From assembly GCA_023461435.1 (NCBI GenBank), contig JAEYLC010000010.1, positions 78,669-142,668 of the forward strand: 64,000 bases of DNA, in the 5' to 3' direction. The notes beneath the pieces were generated by a model. The model saw only the letters and a program-made list of their open reading frames with translations, ran no database searches and had not been told where the DNA came from. Origin of the DNA: Bacillota bacterium. Lineage in GTDB: Bacteria; Bacillota; Clostridia; Christensenellales; SZUA-584. The position numbers and the translations under genes are program-made. This document shows, piece after piece, positions 6,875-15,636 of this stretch. Numbering within the stretch: the stretch's first letter is position 1; the number at the start of each line of letters is the position of its first letter.

Positions 6875-8706
6875 ATTTCGATCTCCACCTTGTAATCCTC
6901 CAGCCACATATTGAGCTGCAGCAGGAACGCGAACAGCTGAGGCCCCGTCATGAGCTGCCCGAACCACGGCGTCACGAGGCTCAGCGTGTCGAGCATTTCC
7001 TCCACCGCTTGTTTATTGACCAGCGCGTGAATGGGCGCTTTGGGGTCGGCCAGCGTGGCCTTGAGCGCGGCGGAGACGAGCCGCGTGTATTCGGGATGGT
7101 GCGTTTTCGGATACGGGCTTTTCTTGCGGTTGTATATGCTTTCAGGCAGCAGGTCCTTCACGGCGAGGCGCAGTATTCCTTTTTCCATGCCGCCGATGTT
7201 TTTGATGCTCCACGGTATGTTCCACGCGTATTCGGCGATTCGGTGGTCGCAGAACGGCACACGCACCTCGAGCCCGCATGCCATGCTCATTCTGTCCTTG
7301 CGGTCAAGCAGATTCGCCATAAACCATTTGATATTGAGATAGAACAACTGGCGGCGCCTGCGTTCGAGCGGCGTTTCGCTGCCGAGCAGCGGCGTTTCCT
7401 CGATCGTATCGAAATAGCGGCTCTTGGCGTAGCTTTCGATGGGCAGCTTTTGCAGCGCGCGCGACATCACATTGCGCCGCAGCTCAAGCGAATTCGCCCA
7501 CGGAAACATGTCGAGATTTAAGAGCTCGTCACGGTAAAACCACGGGTAACCGCCGAATATCTCATCCGCGCACTCGCCGGATAGCGCCACGGTGGCGTGT
7601 TTTTTGATTTCGCGGCAGAACAGCAGCAGGCTCGAATCCACGTCCGCCATGCCCGGCAGATCGCGCGCGGTCATCGCCTCGCGCAGCGCGCCCACTTGCT
7701 CATCCGAATCATACAGGCAGGTCATGTGTTCGCTGCCGATATGGCGGCGCATGATATCGATATATTCGCTGTCCGAGTTCGGCTGAAACACGCTGCGCGC
7801 GAAATACTTGTCGTTATCCGTGAAATTGATGGAGAAGGTATTGAGCTTTTCGCCCTTTTCCGCCGCACACGCGGCGGCGATGGCGGACAGCGTGCTCGAA
7901 TCGACGCCGCCCGACAGAAACGTGCAGACGGGCACATCCGCAACCATCTGGCGCTTTGCCGAATCGATGATGAGGCCGCGCAGCGTCTCGGTGGTTTTAT
8001 GGAGGCTGTCGGTATGCTCCGCGCTCACAAACTGCCAGTATTTGTGTACATAGGTGCCGAGCGGCGAATACGTCATGCACTCGCCCGGACGCAGCTCTTC
8101 AATGCCCTGAAAGAACGTTTTACCCGCCGTACGCGCTGGCGCAAGCGCAAACAGCTCGAGCAGGCCGTTTTCCGCGAGTACGGGGGAGATTTTGGGATGC
8201 GCGAGCAGCGCCTTGATCTCGGAGCCGAACAGCAGCGCGTGGCCTGCCCGCGCGATGAAAAGCGGCTTCACGCCCATTCTGTCCCGCGCGAGGAATATGC
8301 GCTGTTTTTTTTCATCCCAGATCGCGAACGCGAATATGCCGTTCAGACGCTCCACGCACGAAGGGCCCCACTCCACATACGACATCAGCAGCACCTCCGT
8401 GTCCGAATGGGAAAAGAAGCTATGGCCTTTTTCACTGAGTTCCTGTTTGAGCTCCGGTGTGTTGTAGAGCTCGCCGTTGTAGACGATCGTGTATGTATTG
8501 GTGCCGATGCTGCGCGTCATCGGCTGGCTGCCGCCCGCCGGGTCTACCACGGTGAGCCGCCGGTGGCCGAACGCGGCCTGATGCGTCAAAAAAGTGCCCG
8601 CCGAATCCGGCCCGCGGTGGCTGATGGCGTCCATCATTGCCGTCAGCGTGGCGCACTCCTTCAGCATGTCATTTTCAAAATCCACAATCCCTGCGATTCC
8701 ACACAT
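6871..8706 (-). CDS. asnB: Asparagine synthase (glutamine-hydrolysing)
   Basis: The N-terminus MCGIAGIV has the Ntn amidotransferase Cys2 nucleophile, so I place the start at the second Met of the track ORF (MFMCGI). SGGVDSS PP-loop motif present. Length about 611 aa. Confidence 0.9.
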   Translation of the reverse strand: MCGIAGIVDFENDMLKECATLTAMMDAISHRGPDSAGTFLTHQAAFGHRRLTVVDPAGGSQPMTRSIGTNTYTIVYNGELYNTPELKQELSEKGHSFFSHSDTEVLLMSYVEWGPSCVERLNGIFAFAIWDEKKQRIFLARDRMGVKPLFIARAGHALLFGSEIKALLAHPKISPVLAENGLLELFALAPARTAGKTFFQGIEELRPGECMTYSPLGTYVHKYWQFVSAEHTDSLHKTTETLRGLIIDSAKRQMVADVPVCTFLSGGVDSSTLSAIAAACAAEKGEKLNTFSINFTDNDKYFARSVFQPNSDSEYIDIMRRHIGSEHMTCLYDSDEQVGALREAMTARDLPGMADVDSSLLLFCREIKKHATVALSGECADEIFGGYPWFYRDELLNLDMFPWANSLELRRNVMSRALQKLPIESYAKSRYFDTIEETPLLGSETPLERRRRQLFYLNIKWFMANLLDRKDRMSMACGLEVRVPFCDHRIAEYAWNIPWSIKNIGGMEKGILRLAVKDLLPESIYNRKKSPYPKTHHPEYTRLVSAALKATLADPKAPIHALVNKQAVEEMLDTLSLVTPWFGQLMTGPQLFAFLLQLNMWLEDYKVEIEI

Positions 8707-8841
8707 AAACAAAAGCCCCCGTCTTTCATCATCTACTTTTCAGTATATGAACAGGGGCTTGGGGCGTGACTGTCTTAATCAGGCGTTGCATCAGCCTTCA
8801 AAATGCATTAAAATGATAAAAAGGCTTTGAGGAGGACAGAA

Positions 8842-9339
8842 TTGACTAAGAAAAATCATACCAAAACGCTTGTGATATCGAGCATATTGGCCGCACTCAT
8901 CTTTGTTTTTACATTTTTAGTCCGCATACCTGTGAATACAAGCGGCGCTTACATGAATATCGGCGACAGCGTGATTTACTGCTCGGGCATGCTTGTGGCT
9001 GCGCCGTGGGCGGCGGCCGCGGCGGGAATCGGCAGCATGCTCGCCGATGTGCTGCTCGGAGGCGGCATCTATATTCCGGCCACGCTTGTGATCAAGGCGC
9101 TGATGGGCCTCGTTTGCGCGCTGATGATGAAAAAAGCGGGCATCGGGAAGTTTATGCTCGCGTGCGTGATCGGCGGCGCGATCATGACGGTGGGCTACGG
9201 CGCGTTTGAATGGGCGCTGTTCGGCTGGACCTATGCCGCGGGCACACTGCCGTTTAACCTGATTCAGTGGGCGGCGGGCGTCGCGGTTGCGGCGGCGCTT
9301 TACTATCCCGTGAAAAGAACAAAAGGATTACTCGCATGA
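8842..9339 (+). CDS. Polytopic membrane protein, ECF-transporter S-component-like
   Basis: About 5-6 hydrophobic helices. GAGGAGG SD at 8829-8835 followed by TTG at 8842. Substrate unknown. Confidence 0.6.
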   Translation: MTKKNHTKTLVISSILAALIFVFTFLVRIPVNTSGAYMNIGDSVIYCSGMLVAAPWAAAAAGIGSMLADVLLGGGIYIPATLVIKALMGLVCALMMKKAGIGKFMLACVIGGAIMTVGYGAFEWALFGWTYAAGTLPFNLIQWAAGVAVAAALYYPVKRTKGLLA

Positions 9340-10067
9340 AACTCACATGTATCGGGAGGTACGGGCCGTACCCGCGCCCGGGAACAAGCTGCTCCTGCTA
9401 TCTTCTTGAGCAAGGCGGCAAAAAAATCGTGATCGACATGGGCTGCGGCTCATTAACAAGGCTTTTGGGGTTGCTCCGTCCGGCCGATATCGACGCGCTC
9501 GTGCTCTCGCATCTGCATGCCGACCACATGGGCGATGTATTAACGCTGCGCTACGCGCTCGACGCCTCGAAGAAGATGGGGCAGAGGACGGCGCCGCTGC
9601 CCGTTTACTTACCGGCTCAGCCGGAAACCGAATCCGGCCTGATCCGCGCGCACGGCATGATCGACGCGCAAACAATCGAGGATGGGATGACTGCGGATAT
9701 CTGCGGAATGAGCGTGAGCTTTGCGCTGATGCCGCATCCGGTGCCGAGCTATGCGATGCGGTTTGAGGCGGACGGCAAAGCCTTCGTCTTTTCCGGCGAT
9801 ACGCGCGAGAACGACAGGCTCGCGCCGTTCGCGTCGGGGGCCGATCTTTTATTGATGGAGGCGGCGTTTCTCTCGCGCGATAAAGTGCCCGGCGCGCCGC
9901 ATGTGAACGCGGTGGAAGCCGGCGCGATCGCGCATGACGCGCAGGTAAAGCGCATGCTCGTCACGCACATTTTTCCCGAATACAACGAGTACGACATTTT
10001 GAGCGAGGTGAAAAAAAGCTTCCCGTCAGCCGAGCTGATTGAGGAGCTGCAGTCGTACGAGGTCTGA
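9336..10067 (+). CDS. MBL-fold metallo-hydrolase
   Basis: HLHADHMGD (HxHxDH) motif. ATG 9336 overlaps the upstream stop (ATGA). The N-terminal extension in the track ORF lies inside the previous gene. Confidence 0.85.
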   Translation: MKLTCIGRYGPYPRPGTSCSCYLLEQGGKKIVIDMGCGSLTRLLGLLRPADIDALVLSHLHADHMGDVLTLRYALDASKKMGQRTAPLPVYLPAQPETESGLIRAHGMIDAQTIEDGMTADICGMSVSFALMPHPVPSYAMRFEADGKAFVFSGDTRENDRLAPFASGADLLLMEAAFLSRDKVPGAPHVNAVEAGAIAHDAQVKRMLVTHIFPEYNEYDILSEVKKSFPSAELIEELQSYEV

Positions 10068-10069
10068 CC

Positions 10070-12325
10070 GTGAGACGCTTCGGACCGCAGGTCATCAACA
10101 GGCGCCCGCTCGCAGCGATGGCTGTCTGCATCGTGCCCGGCATCGTGCTCGGACGCTATATTCAAATTTCTTTCGTATATCTCACAGCCGCCGCGGTGCT
10201 TGCCGCCGCGGCTGTTTGTTTTTATTTGATCAGACGAGCAAAGCTCTCCTTTGTGCTTGTCTGTGCGGCGCTCGCGCTGTTGGGTTCGTTTTTATCGTCT
10301 TTGGCAGTCAGCCCGGTTTATCTTGAGGGCGGTATGAAAACCGTCACGGGACATGTGGTCAGCGAGCCGTTCGTCAACGATTACGGCAGCGCTGTGTGCG
10401 AACTGGATGACGCGCAGCTGGACGGACAGGCGTGCGGCAATATCAGGCTGTACGCGCCCGTTTTTCCGCCGCTCAAGAGCGGCGATCTGATCGAGGCCGA
10501 CGCTGAAGTCAAAGTGCCGGACGGGGTGAGAAACCCGGGCGGGTTCGATGAGAAGCTGTATCTGCTTTCCGAAGGCATTCAGTATAAAGCGTATGCGCAA
10601 GCCCTGACGGTCACGGGCAGCCGTGCCTCTTTTTCTTCCTTCATGTCCGATATCCGCACGCGTCTTAACAAGGTGATAGACGAGGTGTTCGCGCCGGATA
10701 CCGCGGCGGTTGCCAAGGGCATGCTGCTCGGAGACAAGCAATCGCTCGATGAGGATACCTTCGGCGCGTTTCGGGACACCGGCATGGTGCATGTGCTTGC
10801 GGTATCGGGCCTCAACGCGGTGATACTCATTGTGGCCGTATACGGCTTTTTCAGGCTGATCCGGCTCGGGCGCACATCGTCGTTGATCGTCACACTCGTT
10901 TTTATCGTTTTTTACACGTTTCTGACGGGTCTGACGCCGTCTATCGTCCGCGCCGCTATCATGGCGGCGGTGATGCTGCTCGGCAGGCATACCGGAAAAC
11001 AGCCGGATACGCTTTCAAGCCTCGCGCTTGCTTTCATCATTTCTCTGATGATGAACCCGCTCGATCTATTCATGGTGGGCTTTCAGCTCTCATACGGCGC
11101 CGTGTTCGGGCTGCTGACGCTCGGCGCGCAGATAAAGCCGCTGCTTGAAAAGGTGCTGCCCTGGAGCCTGCCCGATATGATCTCCGCCGCAGTCGGCGGT
11201 ACGGCGGGGACAACGGCGGTGCTCGCCGCTTCGTTCAATCGGCTTTCACTGATCAGCATTGTCGTCAATGTGGTGGTGCTGCCGCTTGCGTCGCTCGCGA
11301 TGATACTCGTCTTTATCATCACGGTGGTGGGGCTCGTCATCGGGCAGGCCGCCTCTTTTCTCGCATTTGCCGCCGACATCGTGATACGGCTCATGCTTGT
11401 GCTTATCGACGCGCTGGCCGTGCTGCCGTTTGCTGCTTTCAATGTGGCGTCGCCGCCGTGGTATCTGACGGCCGCCAGCTTTCTGCTGCTGTTCGTCATA
11501 TCCAAATACCTGCTGATCAGCGCAAAGCTCAAAGCCATAGTGAGCGGGGTGTTGGCCGCATCGGTGATGCTTGCGATGCTGCTGACACAGCCTTCGGGCA
11601 TGACGGTCACGTTTCTCGATGTGGGGCAGGGCGACGCCTCGTATATCCGCACGGCACAGAGCGGCGATTATTTCGTGGATGGCGGGCCGGAGAAAAGCGC
11701 GGACGAGGTGGTGAGCTTTGCGGTGAGAAACGGCATCGCGCCGGACGCGGCGTTTGTGTCGCATACGGATGCGGACCATTTCTCGGGGCTCAAGGCGCTT
11801 TACGATGAGGGAATGCTCAAAAAGGTGTATTGCAGCGCGCAGGAATTTGAGACGGTGGCTGCGGCGATGCCGGAGGCGCGGGTGGTGCCGCTGACCGCGG
11901 GGGATACGGTTCTGCTGGACGATGAAACAAAAGCCGTGGTATTATACCCGTACAAAGACAGTGAGGCCGAGACCAAAAACGATCTGTCGATGGTGCTGCT
12001 GATCGAGTACAACGGTCACAGCGTGCTGCTGACGGGCGATATCCCGGGTGAAAAGGAAACGATGCTCTTCATGGGGCTGCCCGAAGTCGATATCTATAAG
12101 GCGGCGCATCACGGGTCGGCACACTCGTCTTACCGTCTGCCGCTCAGTGTGATCAAGCCGTCGTACAGCGTCGTCAGCGTGGGCGAAAACAGCTTCGGGC
12201 ATCCCGACGGACGCGCGATGAAAAATCTTTCGGATTACAGCGGCGATGTGGTGACGACCCTTGAGGATCACGCGGCCGTTTTCCGTATCGGAGAAGAGAT
12301 TACAATCCAAACATATGGTGAGTAG
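10070..12325 (+). CDS. comEC: DNA internalisation-related competence protein ComEC/Rec2
   Basis: Polytopic competence domain followed by a C-terminal MBL domain (VTFLDVGQGDA, SHTDADHFSG, AAHHGS). Synteny comEC-holA-rpsT. Confidence 0.9.
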   Translation: MRRFGPQVINRRPLAAMAVCIVPGIVLGRYIQISFVYLTAAAVLAAAAVCFYLIRRAKLSFVLVCAALALLGSFLSSLAVSPVYLEGGMKTVTGHVVSEPFVNDYGSAVCELDDAQLDGQACGNIRLYAPVFPPLKSGDLIEADAEVKVPDGVRNPGGFDEKLYLLSEGIQYKAYAQALTVTGSRASFSSFMSDIRTRLNKVIDEVFAPDTAAVAKGMLLGDKQSLDEDTFGAFRDTGMVHVLAVSGLNAVILIVAVYGFFRLIRLGRTSSLIVTLVFIVFYTFLTGLTPSIVRAAIMAAVMLLGRHTGKQPDTLSSLALAFIISLMMNPLDLFMVGFQLSYGAVFGLLTLGAQIKPLLEKVLPWSLPDMISAAVGGTAGTTAVLAASFNRLSLISIVVNVVVLPLASLAMILVFIITVVGLVIGQAASFLAFAADIVIRLMLVLIDALAVLPFAAFNVASPPWYLTAASFLLLFVISKYLLISAKLKAIVSGVLAASVMLAMLLTQPSGMTVTFLDVGQGDASYIRTAQSGDYFVDGGPEKSADEVVSFAVRNGIAPDAAFVSHTDADHFSGLKALYDEGMLKKVYCSAQEFETVAAAMPEARVVPLTAGDTVLLDDETKAVVLYPYKDSEAETKNDLSMVLLIEYNGHSVLLTGDIPGEKETMLFMGLPEVDIYKAAHHGSAHSSYRLPLSVIKPSYSVVSVGENSFGHPDGRAMKNLSDYSGDVVTTLEDHAAVFRIGEEITIQTYGE

Positions 12326-13276
12326 ATGAAGAATTTATACATATTTGCGGGCGAGGGGTATATGGTGCGCGACAGTTTGAAGAAGCTGAAAAGCGCGCTC
12401 AACATCCCCTATGAAACGCTCAATGTCACCGAATACAAAACAGTGCCCAAGGTGGACGAACTGATCGCCGCCTGCGCCGAATATCCGTTTATGGCGGAGC
12501 ATCGTCTGCTGGCCGTGCTCGACTGCCCGTGGCTCGGCGCATCTGGCGGCGCCGAGGAGGCCAAAAGACTGGCCGAGTATCTTAGTAAAATGCCGGACAC
12601 CACTGTGCTCGTGCTGTGTGCTGAGGGCTCGCCCGATAAACGAAGGACGCTCTATAAACGCATCGCGGAACTGGGGGAGGTGCGCGAGTTCGCCGCGCCC
12701 ACTGCCGCCGCCTGTGCGGATTTCGTGGCGGCTCAGGCCAAGGCTCAGGGCGCGCGTATATCGGCGAGGGCCGCCGAGGAACTCGTGGCGCTCTCCGGCT
12801 GCGATTATTTCACGCTGGAGAACGAAACGGCGAAGCTCGCGGTTTACAGCGATTTTAAGGAGATCACATCGGTTCATGTGAAGGAATGCGCGTCGCGCTC
12901 GCTTGAGTACAATGTGTTTGAAATTCACCGGCTGTTCGTCGAGAAAAAGGCAAATCAGGCGCGCAAGCTGCTCGCGGAAATTCTCGAGTCGGAAAGCCCC
13001 GAAGGATTGATCGGCCTTTTTGCGCGCAAGGTCAGAGACATGTATAAAACAAAAACGATGCTCGATGCGGGCTTTGGCGAAGAGCGCATCGCGTCGGCGC
13101 TGAACATGAAGAGCTTCGCCGCGCGCATGCTCATAAAGGAGAGCGGACGTTTTTCCGCCGCACAGCTGCGCGAAGGGTTAAAGCAGCTTGCCGAGCTCGA
13201 TTTTGGCATCAAGTCGGGGCAAAGGGACTCAGAGCTCGCGCTGAGCGCTGTGTTGATCGGCGTTTACGGGCTGTAA
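12326..13276 (+). CDS. holA: DNA polymerase III subunit delta
   Basis: Size, position immediately after comEC, and a delta-like N-terminal region (YIFAGEGYMVRDSLKKLK). Confidence 0.8.
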   Translation: MKNLYIFAGEGYMVRDSLKKLKSALNIPYETLNVTEYKTVPKVDELIAACAEYPFMAEHRLLAVLDCPWLGASGGAEEAKRLAEYLSKMPDTTVLVLCAEGSPDKRRTLYKRIAELGEVREFAAPTAAACADFVAAQAKAQGARISARAAEELVALSGCDYFTLENETAKLAVYSDFKEITSVHVKECASRSLEYNVFEIHRLFVEKKANQARKLLAEILESESPEGLIGLFARKVRDMYKTKTMLDAGFGEERIASALNMKSFAARMLIKESGRFSAAQLREGLKQLAELDFGIKSGQRDSELALSAVLIGVYGL

Positions 13277-13297
13277 GACTCATTGTTCCGAAAACAC

Positions 13298-13333
13298 AAA
13301 AAAGCCCGTAGGGAACTCCCTTAGGGCTTTAAG
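13298..13333. terminator. Bidirectional terminator between holA and rpsT
   Basis: AAAGCCC-g-TAGGGA-ac-TCCCT-ta-GGGCTTT, flanked by an A-run on one side and T residues on the other. Confidence 0.6.
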
Positions 13334-13348
13334 CGTCGTGAATAAGCT

Positions 13349-13615
13349 TTAAGCTGTCAGTGAAGAAAACGCCTTGGTGATTTGAGCCTTTTTACGGTTT
13401 ACAGCGTTTTTATGGATCGTGCCCTTAAGAGCCGCTTTATCCAAAGCACCGGTGTATTCCTTATAAAGCTCGGCAGCCGCTTCCTTTTCTCCCGCAGCCA
13501 CAGCTGTCTGGAATTTCTTAGCGATTGTCTTGAGCTCGGATTTGATGATGCGGTTCCTCAAATTGGCCTTCGCCTCAACCTTCATGCGTCTTTCCGCCGA
13601 TTTGATATTAGGCAA
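13349..13615 (-). CDS. rpsT: 30S ribosomal protein S20
   Basis: (M)PNIKSAERRMKVEAKANLRNR... is a canonical S20 N-terminus. TTG start at 13615 with a GGAGG SD 8 nt upstream. The longer track ORF is an upstream extension. Confidence 0.9.
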   Translation of the reverse strand: MPNIKSAERRMKVEAKANLRNRIIKSELKTIAKKFQTAVAAGEKEAAAELYKEYTGALDKAALKGTIHKNAVNRKKAQITKAFSSLTA

Positions 13616-13811
13616 GTGTCCAAACCTCCATTTATTGATACTCATTTTGATAACGAATCGTATTTTAACATAAGCCCAAACGTTTTGCAACTGAATTTAA
13701 GGAATGAGTCTTAAGTTTTTGTCAGCAATAACCGCATTTTTATGGAATTTCTCCATAGCCGTATGAAAATAAATATGATAGAATAATTCAAAAACATTGT
13801 CGGAGGAATTC

Positions 13812-14006
13812 ATGTATTGCAAAAAATGCGGGAAAACCTATAAAAAACCGAAAAAAGTCTGTGACGACTGCGGACTGGCTCTTGCCAACGGCGTATCTCC
13901 CACAGCAAACAAAGGAAAAATCAAAAAGGGTCCTATCATCGTATTCGGCGTGATTGTTGTGGTGCTTGTTGCCGTATTTCTGCTTTTCGGTCTTCACATA
14001 ATTTAA
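13812..14006 (+). CDS. Small zinc-ribbon plus single-TM protein
   Basis: MYCKKCG...CDDCG (CxxC-N13-CxxC), then the TM segment IIVFGVIVVVLVAVFLLFGL. GGAGG lies 5 nt before ATG 13812. Confidence 0.6.
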   Translation: MYCKKCGKTYKKPKKVCDDCGLALANGVSPTANKGKIKKGPIIVFGVIVVVLVAVFLLFGLHII

Positions 14007-14101
14007 AGAGCGGCGGCTTGAAGCCGCTCTCAGCATCTTTATCTTCATTTATACATAATGATCAAGTGTCTTCTATCAAAAGCTCATGAAGGAGAAATGC
14101 T

Positions 14102-14722
14102 ATGTTCTGTTCGCAATGTGGCCATAGTAACCCGGATGGCGCAGCTTTTTGCACTGCCTGCGGCAATGCCCTGACGCAAGACACGAAGACAACAACACAG
14201 CCGTCTCATGATCCGGGCGTGCAAAACGGTCCGGTGACTCCGCAGACGGCTTCTTTTTGGCCTGCGGCGCCGCCGCCTTATCCGCCGCAGGGCAATTATG
14301 CACAGATGCCATACCCGCCGATTCAATATAAAAAGAAGCAGACAGGGTTGGTCGCCTGTCTTATCGTCGGCGCTTTTCTGATCGTGGCTGCGGCTGTGGC
14401 GCTCTTTGTGTGGCCCGGTGTGATTGCGGTCAATGCATCCGGTATCACCGGTTACTGGGTCAGCGAGGACCGCGGCGAAGCGATTGAGCTCAAAAGCGGG
14501 GGCAGCGTCCGCGTTTATACCGTGTACAATGAATTTAAAGGCGATTACGAATTTGACAGCGCAAAGGGCCTGGGTGTTATCACGGTGGGCGATATGGATT
14601 ATGCGTTCGCGATGACTGAGGACGGCCTCAAAGTGAATGGCATGGGTGTCTATGAAAAAGCGGAAGACGATTTTGACGTGGACGATTTTATCGATGATAT
14701 GTCTGACGGCGTGAAGAATTGA
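14102..14722 (+). CDS. Zinc-ribbon / Pro-rich linker / TM / extracytoplasmic domain protein with acidic tail
   Basis: MFCSQCG...FCTACG, P/Q/Y-rich linker, one TM, about 90-aa domain (GYWVSEDRGEAIELKSGG...), tail EDDFDVDDFIDDMSDG. Good SD. Confidence 0.75.
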   Translation: MFCSQCGHSNPDGAAFCTACGNALTQDTKTTTQPSHDPGVQNGPVTPQTASFWPAAPPPYPPQGNYAQMPYPPIQYKKKQTGLVACLIVGAFLIVAAAVALFVWPGVIAVNASGITGYWVSEDRGEAIELKSGGSVRVYTVYNEFKGDYEFDSAKGLGVITVGDMDYAFAMTEDGLKVNGMGVYEKAEDDFDVDDFIDDMSDGVKN

Positions 14723-14774
14723 TGAGAGCTGTTCTTCAAGGTCATTGATATAAATTATATTAAAGGAGTCATGT

Positions 14775-15419
14775 ATGTTTTGTACAAAATGCGGCCAACA
14801 GGTTGAAGACGGAGCGGTATTCTGCACACGGTGCGGAAACAGACTGCAAGGGGCGCCCGAGCAGCCGCAGGTGTCCGCTGCGCCTGCTTATCCGGGGTAT
14901 TACGCCCAGGGGTATCCGGTGGCTCAGCCAAGGAAGAGCCATAAAGGTCTGATCATCGGGCTGTCGGTGGGAGCCGGTGTGCTGGCCATTCTGGCGGTGG
15001 TGCTGTTTGTTTTCATACTGCCGGGCGGCAGCGGCGATATCGCGGGCATGTGGTACGAACAGACCGGGTACGGCGGCACTGTTGAGTTTTTAAGAGACGG
15101 AACAGTCAACTATGAAGTCATGGGATATCCGGTTTCAGGAGAGTATACGTACGATGCCAGCACACGGACAGGCCAGATGACGATCGACCTGATGGGTGTA
15201 TCGCAATCGGTCGATTTTGAGCTCGAAGACAATTTGATTGTGATCGAAGGGGCGTATTTTTCCCGCGATTATGTGGAGCAGCAGAATATATCCGATATGC
15301 TCGACGATTTCGGTCTGGACGGCAGTGATCTTAACGGCCTTGACATGAGCGATTTTAATTTTAACGATTACGATATGGGTGATCTCAGCGATTATAATAT
15401 GGATGATCTTTTCAATTAA
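14775..15419 (+). CDS. Zinc-ribbon / TM / extracytoplasmic domain protein with long acidic D/S/F/N tail (paralog of 14102-14722)
   Basis: MFCTKCG...FCTRCG, one TM, domain GMWYEQTGYGGTVEFLRDG..., tail ISDMLDDFGLDGSDLNGLDMSDFNFNDYDMGDLSDYNMDDLFN. Confidence 0.75.
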   Translation: MFCTKCGQQVEDGAVFCTRCGNRLQGAPEQPQVSAAPAYPGYYAQGYPVAQPRKSHKGLIIGLSVGAGVLAILAVVLFVFILPGGSGDIAGMWYEQTGYGGTVEFLRDGTVNYEVMGYPVSGEYTYDASTRTGQMTIDLMGVSQSVDFELEDNLIVIEGAYFSRDYVEQQNISDMLDDFGLDGSDLNGLDMSDFNFNDYDMGDLSDYNMDDLFN

Positions 15420-15636
15420 AAAAACGCTCTGAAAAACGGAACAAAAAGACAAGGCGCTTCGTCTAAGCCTCGTATTGGGAAGGACGGGGCGTTTTTTTGC
15501 GCAGACGGTATATACCGTCCGCCTTTTTGTTCGCTCCGTTCGCCTGCTGATGTGAAAGAATTTGGAACAATGGGGCCGTTTGGTTGTGTTTTGACAAAAT
15601 GCGTGGTAAAATCAGTTTTGTTATTCAATTGAGTGG

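Noticed and set aside
7597-8769. 390-aa ORF (and 6685-7521, 278 aa) antisense to asnB
   Set aside because: asnB on the minus strand has the Cys2 nucleophile and a PP-loop. The plus-strand ORFs are Arg/Ala/His-rich low-complexity translations without start signals.
9267-9335. N-terminal extensions of several track ORFs (9267, 29657, 39913, 40982, 43007, 46358, 55725, 13690, 8712)
   Set aside because: In each case an internal start with a good SD coincides with the conserved N-terminus of the family, and the extension overlaps the preceding gene or its terminator. The shorter gene models are used.
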